A stretch of DNA of 63,458 nucleotides, the filler included, from Octopus bimaculoides (lineage: Eukaryota): the NCBI RefSeq assembly GCF_001194135.2. It is 5 parts of 5 records of this genome, joined end to end, with 100 filler letters (N's around TTAATTAATTAA, not from the genome) between each part and the next. Parts side by side here need not be neighbours in the genome. Positions count along the whole stretch, not along the records: positions 37,463 to 57,060 come from NC_068982.1; positions 57,161 to 61,900 come from NW_026364014.1; positions 62,001 to 63,458 come from NC_068997.1; 2 more parts are not named here. One strand, 5' to 3'. The translations under genes and the position numbers were made by a program. The notes beneath the pieces were generated by a model, which made no database searches, had not been told where the DNA came from, and saw only the letters and a program-made list of their open reading frames with translations. Position 1 is the stretch's first letter. Each line of letters begins with the position of its first letter. Positions 53,450-63,458 of this stretch are shown one piece after another.

Positions 53450-54400
53450 TTGGAAGGCAATTCTTTGAGCGGCGTTCCTTGTCTGATAAACTTAAATACA
53501 TGCTCAGAGTAGTCGCACGACTCTACCGCAACGTATCATCAGATGAAAGGATGAGGATATACGAGCAGAAGACCATGCATGGATATGATAGTAGAAAACT
53601 CCGACATGATAGTAACATTGATCCTCGAAGCAGTCTATCATGGATCAATGCCCTTCCATTTTGAAGTTATGCGTTTGCAATCCAGAAACATGAAATATCA
53701 ACCAAATATTTGATGAATTAAAGGGATAGAGATGCAGGAAAAGCAGTAAAATATGACAACCGATGCAGACTTTGTGGAGTTAACACTGAAGATATCACCC
53801 ACATCATAAGCAGTTGTCCGAAAATGTCATCACAGTATCATCTGCCAATGAGACATGTTGTAGCGGGAACATTATATAATGTAATCAGTTGCAAGGATAA
53901 CCCCGAGGACAAAGAAATAAGAACCTACAGTATGGTAGAAGCCATGGCCACACATAATAAAAAAGGAGTACTGGTGGAATGTACCCGTGAAAACCTCAAT
54001 AACATGTAAACACAACAGACCTGATATAACGATTTTGAATAGACAAAAGAAACTATGCACACCTGTGGAAATTACCTGCCCAGCGGATGTTAACATAAAG
54101 CTGAAGATCAGTGAAAAAGAGAATACCTACGTTAAACTATTGAGAAATATGCAGTCACTCTATCCAAATTACAAGTTCAGGTTTATACCTGTAATTAATG
54201 GAGCACTGGATTATGTAACACATTACCTAAATACCAATCTTGAGAAATTAGTCTTCTCAAAACCAGAAAAGAGAAAGCTGATTCGAAGACTACAGATCCA
54301 ATCCTTCACTTGAGCTGTAAAGATCTGTAAAACGTTCCAGGCGTTTATCATTTAAGTATATATGAGTTTGTCTAGGTATTTAAGTATATGCACGAGAAGA
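53450..54400 (+). mobile_element. 3' end of an R4/NeSL-type RLE LINE (CCHC knuckle plus PD-(D/E)xK endonuclease), followed by a (CATA)n array
   Basis: CRLCGVNTEDITHIISSCPK..RH; EYWWNVPVKTSITCKHNRPDITILNRQKKLCTPVEITCPADVNIKLKISEKENTY; FIPVINGALD. Confidence 0.9.
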
Positions 54401-55019
54401 CATACATAAAACAAGACATACAAATCTGTACATATACAAACACACACACATACGTACATAATACATATATGCATACATACATGCATAAATACATACATAC
54501 GTACATACGTACATACATACATACATGTATGCATACATACGTACTTACATACATATATACATACATACATGCATACTATCTAACTTAACATGAATGTTGT
54601 ATTACATCACAGAATGATGCGTTACTTACCGTCAGAGGACCACTCCATATGGACTTGTAGTGCTTAAAAGTACTCATATTTATATCGTTAACAAACAAGA
54701 ACCGTCTGCTACGGTTGCCAGAACTGCCAGATCACATGACTTCGCCTTAACTGGGCTTTTCAGTGGCAGATGTCCTACAGAGAGATATCAGTCGAATCTC
54801 CTTGTCAAAGATATTTAAAAGTAAGCAATAAATATATAAGCAGTGTTAATGCCAAAAGGTAATCTTTATCTCCACCTTAACATGGATGCTGTTAACACAA
54901 AATACTGCGTTATTTACCTTGAGAGAACCTCTCATATAAACTCCTGCTGCATAAAAGCACTCGTGTTTATATCACTGGCAGACGAGAACCGTCTACTACG
55001 GCCTCTGCCAGACCACGTA

Positions 55020-56650
55020 CCGTATGGAAATATAACTTTACGAGAGGAACACCGAGCAGTAGAGGATATAAAATCTAATCCCAAGTTCTTTTATCATTTT
55101 GCTAAAAAGAAATCATCTACACCAAGCCATATTGGCCCTCTCGTGGACCAAAATGAATCAGATGCTAATCTTTTAATATAATAGTGCATTTTCTCGACCT
55201 ATAATAAACAATATTGTACATAATTAAAACGAATCCTTTTATCTCCTAAACTCGACTGCGGAGACACGTCTACAAATTAATAATATTATGGAAGATGATA
55301 TACTTGGAATTATCAATGACCTAGATTCAAACTCAGCAGATGGTCACTCTGCCATATTATTAAAAATGTGTAAAAACAAACTCTCTAAACTATTTAAGAC
55401 ATCATTTCGATAGACGCTAAATATCCGAATATTCTCAGAACGATTGAAAGACGCAATAGTAACAACTAAAGAATAGCAGAGTAGAAGCGAAAATTACAGG
55501 CTTGTTTCTCTCGTGTCTAAAATTGTCGAACGCGTTGTCCGAAAAAGAATAATAACGTATTTTGAGGAAGACACAAGGTTATTGGACTAGACGAGGTTGG
55601 CTGTCACAACTATTACAGCGCCATAACACCATCCTCAATAATCTCTTGCGAGGAATGAATACTGACTTGATTTTGCTAAAACGTTTGACAAGATTGATCA
55701 TGATATCATCTATCACAGAACAAAGGATATTGGTATCACTGGAAAACTCAGAGAATGGCTCTTTGTCTTCTTACGTATCATCTGCCAATGAGACATGTTG
55801 TAGCGGGAACATTATATAATGTAATCAGTTGCAAGGATAACCCCGAGGACAAAGAAATAAGAACCTACAGTATGGTAGAAGCCATGGCCACACATAATAA
55901 AAAAGGAGTACTGGTGGAATGTACCCGTGAAAACCTCAATAACATGTAAACACAACAGACCTGATATAACGATTTTGAATAGACAAAAGAAACTATGCAC
56001 ACCTGTGGAATTAATCTCTTGTTGCGAACGTCTTTCTCTCTACAAAGTCACTTACAATAAATGGTACAATTCAGTGCACGATTCTAAGACCATTATTAAT
56101 TATTATCACGCAACCCGGTATAAGCCAACTTAACGAATTACGTTTATGATACAAAAATATCGATGGCTATCCAAAATATAGAAGATGTCGTCACACTCCA
56201 AAACCAGCTAAACCTCATTTCTTATCAATGGAACGATACAAACCAACGGGAAATTTAATACATTAAAATTTTAGGTTCTTCAATGCAGAGGGAATACACA
56301 CCAATCACAATATTTGACACAAGACAATGGTTCAGCGCGATAATGGCATACGGGACTTAAGTTTAATCATGCCAGTTAATGTGTCTTTCTTCAGCAACAT
56401 CAGTAAACAGACCTCTAAATGCAGACATTTCATAGGATCGATCCTACAAACCTTCGTGACAAGAGAAACGGTAGGTTTGCCTCTTCTATGAAAAACTTTA
56501 GTTCTGTGCAGATTAGATTACTGCTCACACCTTTGGTCGTCCGACTCATCCGGTTTCATAGAAGAAATTGAAAGGTTACAAAGAACGTTTACCAGTAAAA
56601 TAAGTTCGGTTAAAAGATTTAAATACTGGGAACAAAATGTACAATCATAT
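55020..56650 (+). mobile_element. Decayed CR1-like LINE ORF2 (RT), interrupted by a 236-bp foreign insert at 55775-56010
   Basis: IKSNPKFFYHFAKKK; ENYRLVSLVSKIVERVVRK; DFAKTFDKIDHDI..IGITGKLREWL; ILRPLLII; RDLSL; LVLCRLDYCSHLWS..IERLQRTFT. Confidence 0.85.
55775..56010 (+). repeat. Exact 236-bp duplicate of 53835-54070
   Basis: Base-by-base identical from gtatcatctgcc to acctgtggaa; offset 1940. Confidence 0.95.
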
Positions 56651-56731
56651 AAGTATGGACAATCTTGGAGGGGCATGTTCTAATTTTGTTCTAATTTTGC
56701 TGATCAGTGAATAAACTTCACTATGATTATA

Positions 56732-56869
56732 TAAGTTTGCGAGGGCTAAACAGGCTTCTTTAACCAGCTGGCAAGCTACTTCAGGCTGATGACGAGCAAA
56801 GACTCAGAAACATGTCCCTGAATGCTGGCTAGGCTGGGTGGAGGAGCTTGTTTCCCCCTCGCAAACTTA
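56732..56869 (+). repeat. 138-bp imperfect inverted repeat (54/53-nt arms) enclosing the hammerhead core
   Basis: TAAGTTTGCGAGGG / CCCTCGCAAACTTA is a perfect 14-bp end; about 43 matches in about 55 aligned positions. Confidence 0.9.
56780..56822 (+). ncRNA. Candidate minimal type I hammerhead ribozyme
   Basis: UUCAGG-CUGAUGA-CGAG-CAAAGA-CUCA-GAAAC-AU-GUC-CCUGAA: complete catalytic core, perfect 6-bp helix I, helix II GAG/CUC with a C.A base pair position, 2-bp helix III in the palindrome ACAUGU, GUC cleavage triplet. Confidence 0.7.
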
Positions 56870-57060
56870 AGGACACAGTAATTGTGTCAAGGCCGACAGG
56901 AAGCGGTCCAGCTTCCTAGGGCTAAACGGCAGTAGCGTGTTCCCGTAATGGGATTGTCACATTAAGTTGACAATACACTACAACTTTATCGCTCCACTAC
57001 TGCTTAAATCACTCTGAGAGATTTAGAAATATAAAATTTCTAATTTATATATATATATAT

Positions 57061-57160
57061 NNNNNNNNNNNNNNNNNNNNNNNNNNNNNNNNNNNNNNNN
57101 NNNNTTAATTAATTAANNNNNNNNNNNNNNNNNNNNNNNNNNNNNNNNNNNNNNNNNNNN
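57061..57160. other. Artificial scaffold spacer
   Basis: 44 N + TTAATTAATTAA (57105-57116) + 44 N. Confidence 0.97.
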
Positions 57161-57210
<50 letters not shown>

Positions 57211-57604
57211 TATTTGACTGAAATTGTCATTAATGATGATTCCAATGAATCTTAAATATGTATATATATATATATTTGTATATATATATATATTTGTATA
57301 TACATATATATATACATATGTGTGTGTGCGTGTGTATGCAAACATACACTATAGTATGTATATAAAGTCACCCATATCTGTCTATCTATCTATCTATCTA
57401 TCTATACATACATACATATATATATATATATTATAGGGGAGGCTAATTTGTAATTTTACAATCTAAAGGCCGAAATACATGCGTCACTAAAGTGATTAAT
57501 GAACCTGATGAGTTCTTTTAGTCCCTTTTATATATATATATATATATATGTATACATTTATATATATACACATATATGAATGCACATATACATATATATA
57601 TACA

Positions 57605-57669
<65 letters not shown>

Positions 57670-57786
57670 GAGAATATACAAAAAATAACAACAGACGAGG
57701 ACAGGTGGTGTAAATAGTGCAAATCCATACAGATATATGTATGTATGTGTAGGTATATACAAACATGATATATTATAGTGATATAG

Positions 57787-57821
<35 letters not shown>

Positions 57822-58360
57822 TGTGCGTGTGTGTGTGTGTGTGTGTCTGTGTGTGTACATAGAAAAGGAATAGCATTTCTTCTTAAAATCACAGGCATAT
57901 AAAGAGAGTAGAAAAATAATTATTTGCTGTAGAGAAAACGTCCTATAGATAAATATGAGGTGTTGCCTTTTGCAAACTTCCACCTCACAGACAGCGAAAA
58001 TATTTTCCAGATTTATTTGTTGTACTGTGCTTTTCCATTTTATACGTGTGTGTAAATTCATATGTATTTATATATGTATTGGTGCGAGTGCTTTCGATCA
58101 CTGCAATGATGTGAATCACTATAAACTACTTTTCTTTCTGTAACACCCTTATACAGCTGTAGTCACAAGAAGTATACGTCTTGGTAGCAACCCAGTTTAA
58201 ACACTAACGGATCAACAAACAACTCTTGTAATGAAATTGTTCGATATTTCTTGGAGTCTTTTGTCTAAACAAGTGTAAAAGAGAAAATTATAATTAAACA
58301 ATTATAATGAGAACATCATAATCGGAATCAATATACACGAAATCTAATTTTTAAAAATTT

Positions 58361-58401
<41 letters not shown>

Positions 58402-59043
58402 CTATAAACAAGGAGAATCGATCAAAATCGATCAGATAATACGTGTGTTTTTTTAAATTTTATTTTAAATATTCACTGTAAATCTACTCTACTACAATCA
58501 ATCAAACTACTACTATCAAAATTACTACTAATAGTACTACTACATGTTGCAATTGTTGTTTTTACTCGTTATTGTTGCTGTTGAAGAAGACGATGATGGT
58601 GATGATTTAGGCAGTGATGGTGATGCTAACTTCACTACTCGTCTCATCCTTATTCCGAAAAATGTGTAAAGCCAACACAAACCAGAAAAACAAATAATTA
58701 AAGATGATGCATAGATTCATGACAGTGTATGTACACACACACACACAAATACACACATACAAACAGAATGATTTACTTGATATATAATATACTCGTGCAT
58801 ATTCGTGGTTGTATTTGAGTATCAGACACCATATACATACGTATATGTAAATATTGTTGGCCCTAAAAGTTTATACATATGCAATACATGAAAAGTGTTG
58901 TGTATATGCACAAGGTAAAGCAAATATCTATGTACATGTGTATGTGTGTGTATGCATGAAATATATAAATGTCTATATAATAGACATTTATGTATATAAT
59001 ATATGATATGTATATATAATATATCATATATATGTATTATATC

Positions 59044-59075
<32 letters not shown>

Positions 59076-59507
59076 ATACATACATATATACGAACACGTG
59101 CCCCTCGTGTAAAAAAAAGGAAACACTTAGAGAGGGCTGAACTGGAAGGAGAGAGAAAAATAGAGAGACTTTTCGAAGGAGAGAGAGACAGAAAAAACGA
59201 AGGAGTAGGTGAAAAAGTTAGAAAGTAAGAGAAAAAGTGAACGACGAGAAAGAGGAAAAGAGAGAGGGGGAGGAGAGTGAGGAGGAGGGGAGGAGCAGCA
59301 GGATGAGGAGAAGGAGGAGCAAGAAGAATAGAGAAGAAAAAAATGCAAAATAAACAAATAAAATGAAAATGTAAAAATGGCACAAAAAATAAACAACAAA
59401 AAAACAATGAACATTAAAGAGTTCATTTTCGTAAACAGAAACGAGCGAAAGAAAGGCAAATAGATTTTCTAAATATATATAGATGTATAGAATAAAAGAT
59501 GGCTTAC

Positions 59508-59577
59508 CGTTATTATCAAGGAAAACATGATGTTCGTTTTCTATATGTTTCGGATGCGACTGCTTTCGACGTGACAT
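59508..59577 (-). CDS. First coding exon of a probable C2H2 zinc-finger repressor with an N-terminal NuRD-binding motif (SALL/spalt, BCL11, FOG/ZFPM or ZNF423/521 class; family unresolved)
   Basis: ATG TCA CGT CGA AAG CAG TCG CAT CCG AAA CAT ATA = MSRRKQSHPKHI, then ENEHHVFLDNN + G|gtaagc (phase-1 donor at 59507). A at -3 of the ATG. Confidence 0.85.
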
Positions 59578-59598
59578 ACTGAATATTTGTAGACTCCC

Positions 59599-59748
59599 AA
59601 ATGACAAAAGTTGGCGTTTTGCTATTTCTGATTTATATATGCGGCACCCTTGTGCGCATGTCAGAATTATGATTATGAATAACGTTCGTATATTATCATA
59701 ATCAATTTGCAACAAGAAATTTGATTGGCTTTGATCCCGTTTGCCAAT
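59599..59748 (-). promoter_or_regulatory. Putative core promoter of the MSRRKQ gene
   Basis: TATATAAA at 59639-59632; Inr-like TCATTT with A at 59602 (TATAAA at about -35, slightly long); agCCAATca at 59728-59724; opposite-strand CCAAT at 59744-59748. Motif evidence only. Confidence 0.45.
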
Positions 59749-59929
59749 TAGCTGAGCAAATATTACGGGCAAGTGATGAGGGGGTACTATAACTGTTTGG
59801 TATTTCGGACAGGAGAACGATAAAAAGTTCCATGAAGGCGAAACATGATTGCGATTGTTTGCATTCGGCATATTGTAGAAAAATGCTTTTCTCTTCTCGT
59901 TTTGCTTTCGGGTTAACTTTTACAGCTTG

Positions 59930-60062
59930 CTGGTGGTGTCGGTGGTGGTGGTCGCCGTCGTTGTGGTTGTAATGTTGGTGTTGTTGTTTGTGTTGCTGGT
60001 GTTGTCTGGGCTGTTGTTTTTGTGGAAAGTGATGGTTGAACTGATGCTGTTGTTGTAGTTGA

Positions 60063-60106
<44 letters not shown>

Positions 60107-60170
60107 CTGGTGTTGATGTTGATGATGGTAATGGTGTTGATGGTGGTGGCGGTGGTGGTTTTGGTGATGC
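59930..60170. repeat. Mixed CAA/CAT/CAC/CAG trinucleotide low-complexity tract upstream of the MSRRKQ exon
   Basis: Reads as polyQ/H in a 168-codon minus-strand ORF (60208-59702). Confidence 0.85.
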
Positions 60171-60344
60171 GTTGAGGCGAGGATTTTCTCGCTTACGTAA
60201 CAGAACATGGTTTAACAGCGGACAGAAGAGTTTGTAAGGGGGCAATATGTGAATACAAAAAGCGAAAAAAGTCAGACAAAACGAGGAAAATATATGTATA
60301 TACCTACATACACCTATGCATAACATGCACGTGCGTCTTATCTA

Positions 60345-60386
<42 letters not shown>

Positions 60387-61071
60387 CGACTGTTATGGAA
60401 GCTAGTACTTTAACGAGACGGGCTTTTCTCTTACTTTCTAAAAGTAGACTTTACATGGAAAAAAAAAAGGAGGTTATTTGTTGTTGATTTTTTTCTCATT
60501 TTCATTTTTTTTTTTTTTTGCGATCACACGAGCACACCAACATTGCTACCACGAACACAGTTTTTCTTAGATTTTCTTATTGACCATTTACATGTTTTTC
60601 AGGCTTTTTTTTCTTTTCTTTTCTTTTTTCTTTTTTTTTCAATCTATTTTTTTACATTTCTTAATATTTTCCTGACTGACCACTGAAGAAAATAGATACG
60701 TTTTCTTAATTTCATAAACATATATATATATATATATATACAATTTTTTTTCTTTTTTGCTTTGAAAATTTTTTGCCACTTTATATATATACATTTTTTT
60801 TTTTCTTATGAAACTAAATTCCACTTAGTTTTTCTCTTTTTCATTTGTTTAAATGATTTTTTTTTTCAACACCGATTTTTATGTGTCTGTCCATTTTTCA
60901 ATTTTTTTCTACTTTTTTCTCGATTTTTGTGTGCGATATTTCAGAAATGTAGTGTTATACGAATGTAGATTTGCGAATCATTATCGCCGTAACTTCTAAA
61001 TTATTGTAAGATATACGTACACACATATTTTTCAAGCATACTTACGTATAATTATAGATCTTTACACGCAC

Positions 61072-61121
<50 letters not shown>

Positions 61122-61900
61122 GTATACATATATATATGTATATATATATATTGTATATTATATTCATATATATATATATATAAGCACTTTTCCATATACA
61201 CGCAGATACGCATGCACACATACAGAGAATAATATCAACTTTCACGCACTCATTATATAAAAATAATTCTACACACCTTTGTTTATACACGTAATAAACG
61301 TCTAGATATTGACTTCAATGCAAATGAGAAATGAATGAATCATTTCCCATGTAGTATCGGTCACACTCAAAATAGTTTCAACGTCTCTTTCGCCATTCTA
61401 GCATGGGTTAGACCCATACGCACAGATGCACACACGCATATACGATATACATATATACGTACATACATATATATGTGTGCGTGTAGAGAGAGAGAGCGAG
61501 AGAGAGAGAGAGAGGGGGACAGAGAAACTGATAGATCAACGGACAGCGAGATAGGGTATTTACATTTAAAAGAAGTTTGTTAGCGAACTCAATACTTGCG
61601 TGATTTTATTGCTTATTTAACAGAATAACAATTCATTTTAAATAAACAAAATCTACCGGAATATATATATATATATATATGTGTGTGTGTATGTATATAA
61701 TGTGTATGTGTGTTTGTGTCTATTAATGTATTTCTAGAATTTATGGATAGAACGATAAAAAGTATCTCGTACTTTAAACGTTCTTACATCTCACACACGT
61801 ACTCTCAAGCATACAGGGACTCATTACAACTACTATGAGAAGTGCTAATTTTGTATATACATGTGTGTATATATATATATGTGTGTATGTGCATATATAT

Positions 61901-62000
61901 NNNNNNNNNNNNNNNNNNNNNNNNNNNNNNNNNNNNNNNNNNNNTTAATTAATTAANNNNNNNNNNNNNNNNNNNNNNNNNNNNNNNNNNNNNNNNNNNN
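61901..62000. other. Artificial scaffold spacer
   Basis: 44 N + TTAATTAATTAA (61945-61956) + 44 N. Confidence 0.97.
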
Positions 62001-62349
62001 ATATATATATAATTATGTATATCTCTTCTATCTTAATGAATCAAAATTCTTCTGATAGAATAAATGGGTTAATAGAAAGCAATGTAGCAAAGAACACAAA
62101 ATAACTGTGGTTAGCTCCTGTTTTTAAGGCAGGAACTGCTTGGAATTTTGGGTATTTGAGTATCTTCCGTTTAAGATGATTCCCATGCTTTCCCTGATGA
62201 GAAGGTTACAATTTTAATATCAAAGATCCCTATGGATCACACAGGTTGTAATCCTTTGAAACATATGTAGGAATAAAGTATGCAATTATAACATGCGTTT
62301 TCTCCAATCCTTAAATTCTTATATATATATATACATTTATATATTTATG

Positions 62350-62575
62350 TGTGTATATGTTAGTGTGTCTGTGCTTGTCCTCCCAACATCGTTTGACAAC
62401 CGATGCTGGTGTGTTTACGTCCCCGTAACTTAGTGGTTCGGCAAAAGGCACCGATAGAATAAGTACTAGACTTACAAAGGATAAGTCCTGGGGTCTATTT
62501 GCTCGATTAAAGGCGGTGCTCTAGCATGGCCAAAGTCAAATAACTGAAACAAGTAAAAGAGAGAAAGAAAGAGAG
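62350..62575 (+). mobile_element. SINE family D, 3' half
   Basis: tggtgtgtttacgtccccgtaacttagtggttcggcaaaagg..gatagaataagt matches 29230-29290. Confidence 0.85.
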
Positions 62576-63060
62576 AATATAGATATATATATTTCGCTCT
62601 TTTTAAAAATTTTATTTATTGTGTTCTAATTCAATTTTTTGCATTTAAATGAATCATATTTCATTTTAGAAACTGAAAAAATACTAAAATATAACCATAA
62701 AAACTGATAACATAATTGTTTTTATAAATATAGACATAAATTTTTTTTCATATGAAAATAAAAATTTAGTTTCGACAAACCAATTCTACTCTAGATGTAA
62801 ATAATACTTAATGTTTTTATTATATTGGTGTATTGGGTTTTTTATTTGTCACTTAGTAATATTACTATAATTAGTAGATTTGTGTTTACGTATACCAACA
62901 CACACNNNNNNNNNNGTTGTTTTGCATTTATAATAAAATAAATATATAAAAATTATAAAAATAATTTTAAAAATTAAACAGTACAGTACTATTTCTATTT
63001 CGCGGATTTTCAACTTACGCGGAGGATTTAGTATATGCATTTAATATAATTTATATGCAC

Positions 63061-63278
63061 AAGGCGACGTGGTAGCAGAAATGTTAGCACGCCGGGCGAA
63101 ATGCATATCAGCACTGCGTCTGTCTTTCCGTTGTGAGTTCAAATTCCGCCGAGGTCGACTTTGACTTTCATCCTTTCGGGTTCGATAAATTAAGTACCAG
63201 TTGCGTACTGGTGTTGATCTTATCGACTGGGTCCCTCCCCTAAAATTCCTGGCCTAGTAACTTGAGTAGAAAAGAATA
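63061..63278 (+). mobile_element. SINE family A copy
   Basis: gttagcacgccgggcgaaatgc...gagttcaaattccgccgaggtcgactttg. Confidence 0.88.
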
Positions 63279-63319
63279 TAATTTATATACACAAATCAAG
63301 TCTTTTCAATTTCTTCTGG

Positions 63320-63458
63320 GTGTTTGGTAAGTAGCTTGCTTACCAACCATATGGTTCCGGGTTCAGTCCCGCTGCGTGGAACCTTGGGCAGATGTTTTCT
63401 ACTCTAGCCTCGGGCCGACCAAAGCATTGTGAGTGGATTTGGTAGACGGAAATTGAAA
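63320..63458 (+). mobile_element. SINE family D, 5' half, truncated by the window end
   Basis: ggtaagtagcttgcttaccaaccatatggttccgggttcagtcccgctgcgtgg...ggatttggtagacggaaa. Confidence 0.85.

Noticed and set aside
57465-57520. Second hammerhead-like arrangement (aaaggccGAAAtac..gtc...CTGATGAgttcttt)
   Set aside because: Helix I and helix III cannot form next to the core and helix II has mismatches. At best a dead remnant.
62515-62535. TAGCATGGCC in the SINE D tail matching an internal U6 segment
   Set aside because: Only 10 nt and not exact in other D copies; compatible with chance.

Overview
AT-rich, microsatellite-saturated animal genomic DNA. The SINE families and repeat landscape resemble octopus/cephalopod DNA; this is my recollection, not a database result. 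The window is not contiguous: four identical 100-bp artificial spacers (44 N + TTAATTAATTAA + 44 N) join five pieces (1-15323, 15424-37362, 37463-57060, 57161-61900, 62001-63458), and there are many internal N gaps. Most ORF-track entries are microsatellite or N artefacts. Real content: at least four tRNA-type SINE families; decayed LINEs (R4/Dong-like, CR1-like, Tx1/L1-like, RTE-like, Penelope-like); Tc1/mariner remnants; MITEs. There is one convincing host-gene piece: a minus-strand first coding exon (59577-59508) encoding MSRRKQSHPKHI..., the N-terminal NuRD-recruiting motif of SALL/BCL11/FOG/ZNF423-type zinc-finger repressors, with a GT donor and TATA/CCAAT elements upstream. The most unusual element is a minimal type I hammerhead ribozyme motif (56780-56822) capping a ~54-bp imperfect, G.U-rich rod inside a ~300-nt hairpin-dense segment, resembling a retrozyme or Penelope-type LTR RNA. 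No CRISPR array, rRNA or intact tRNA gene was found.
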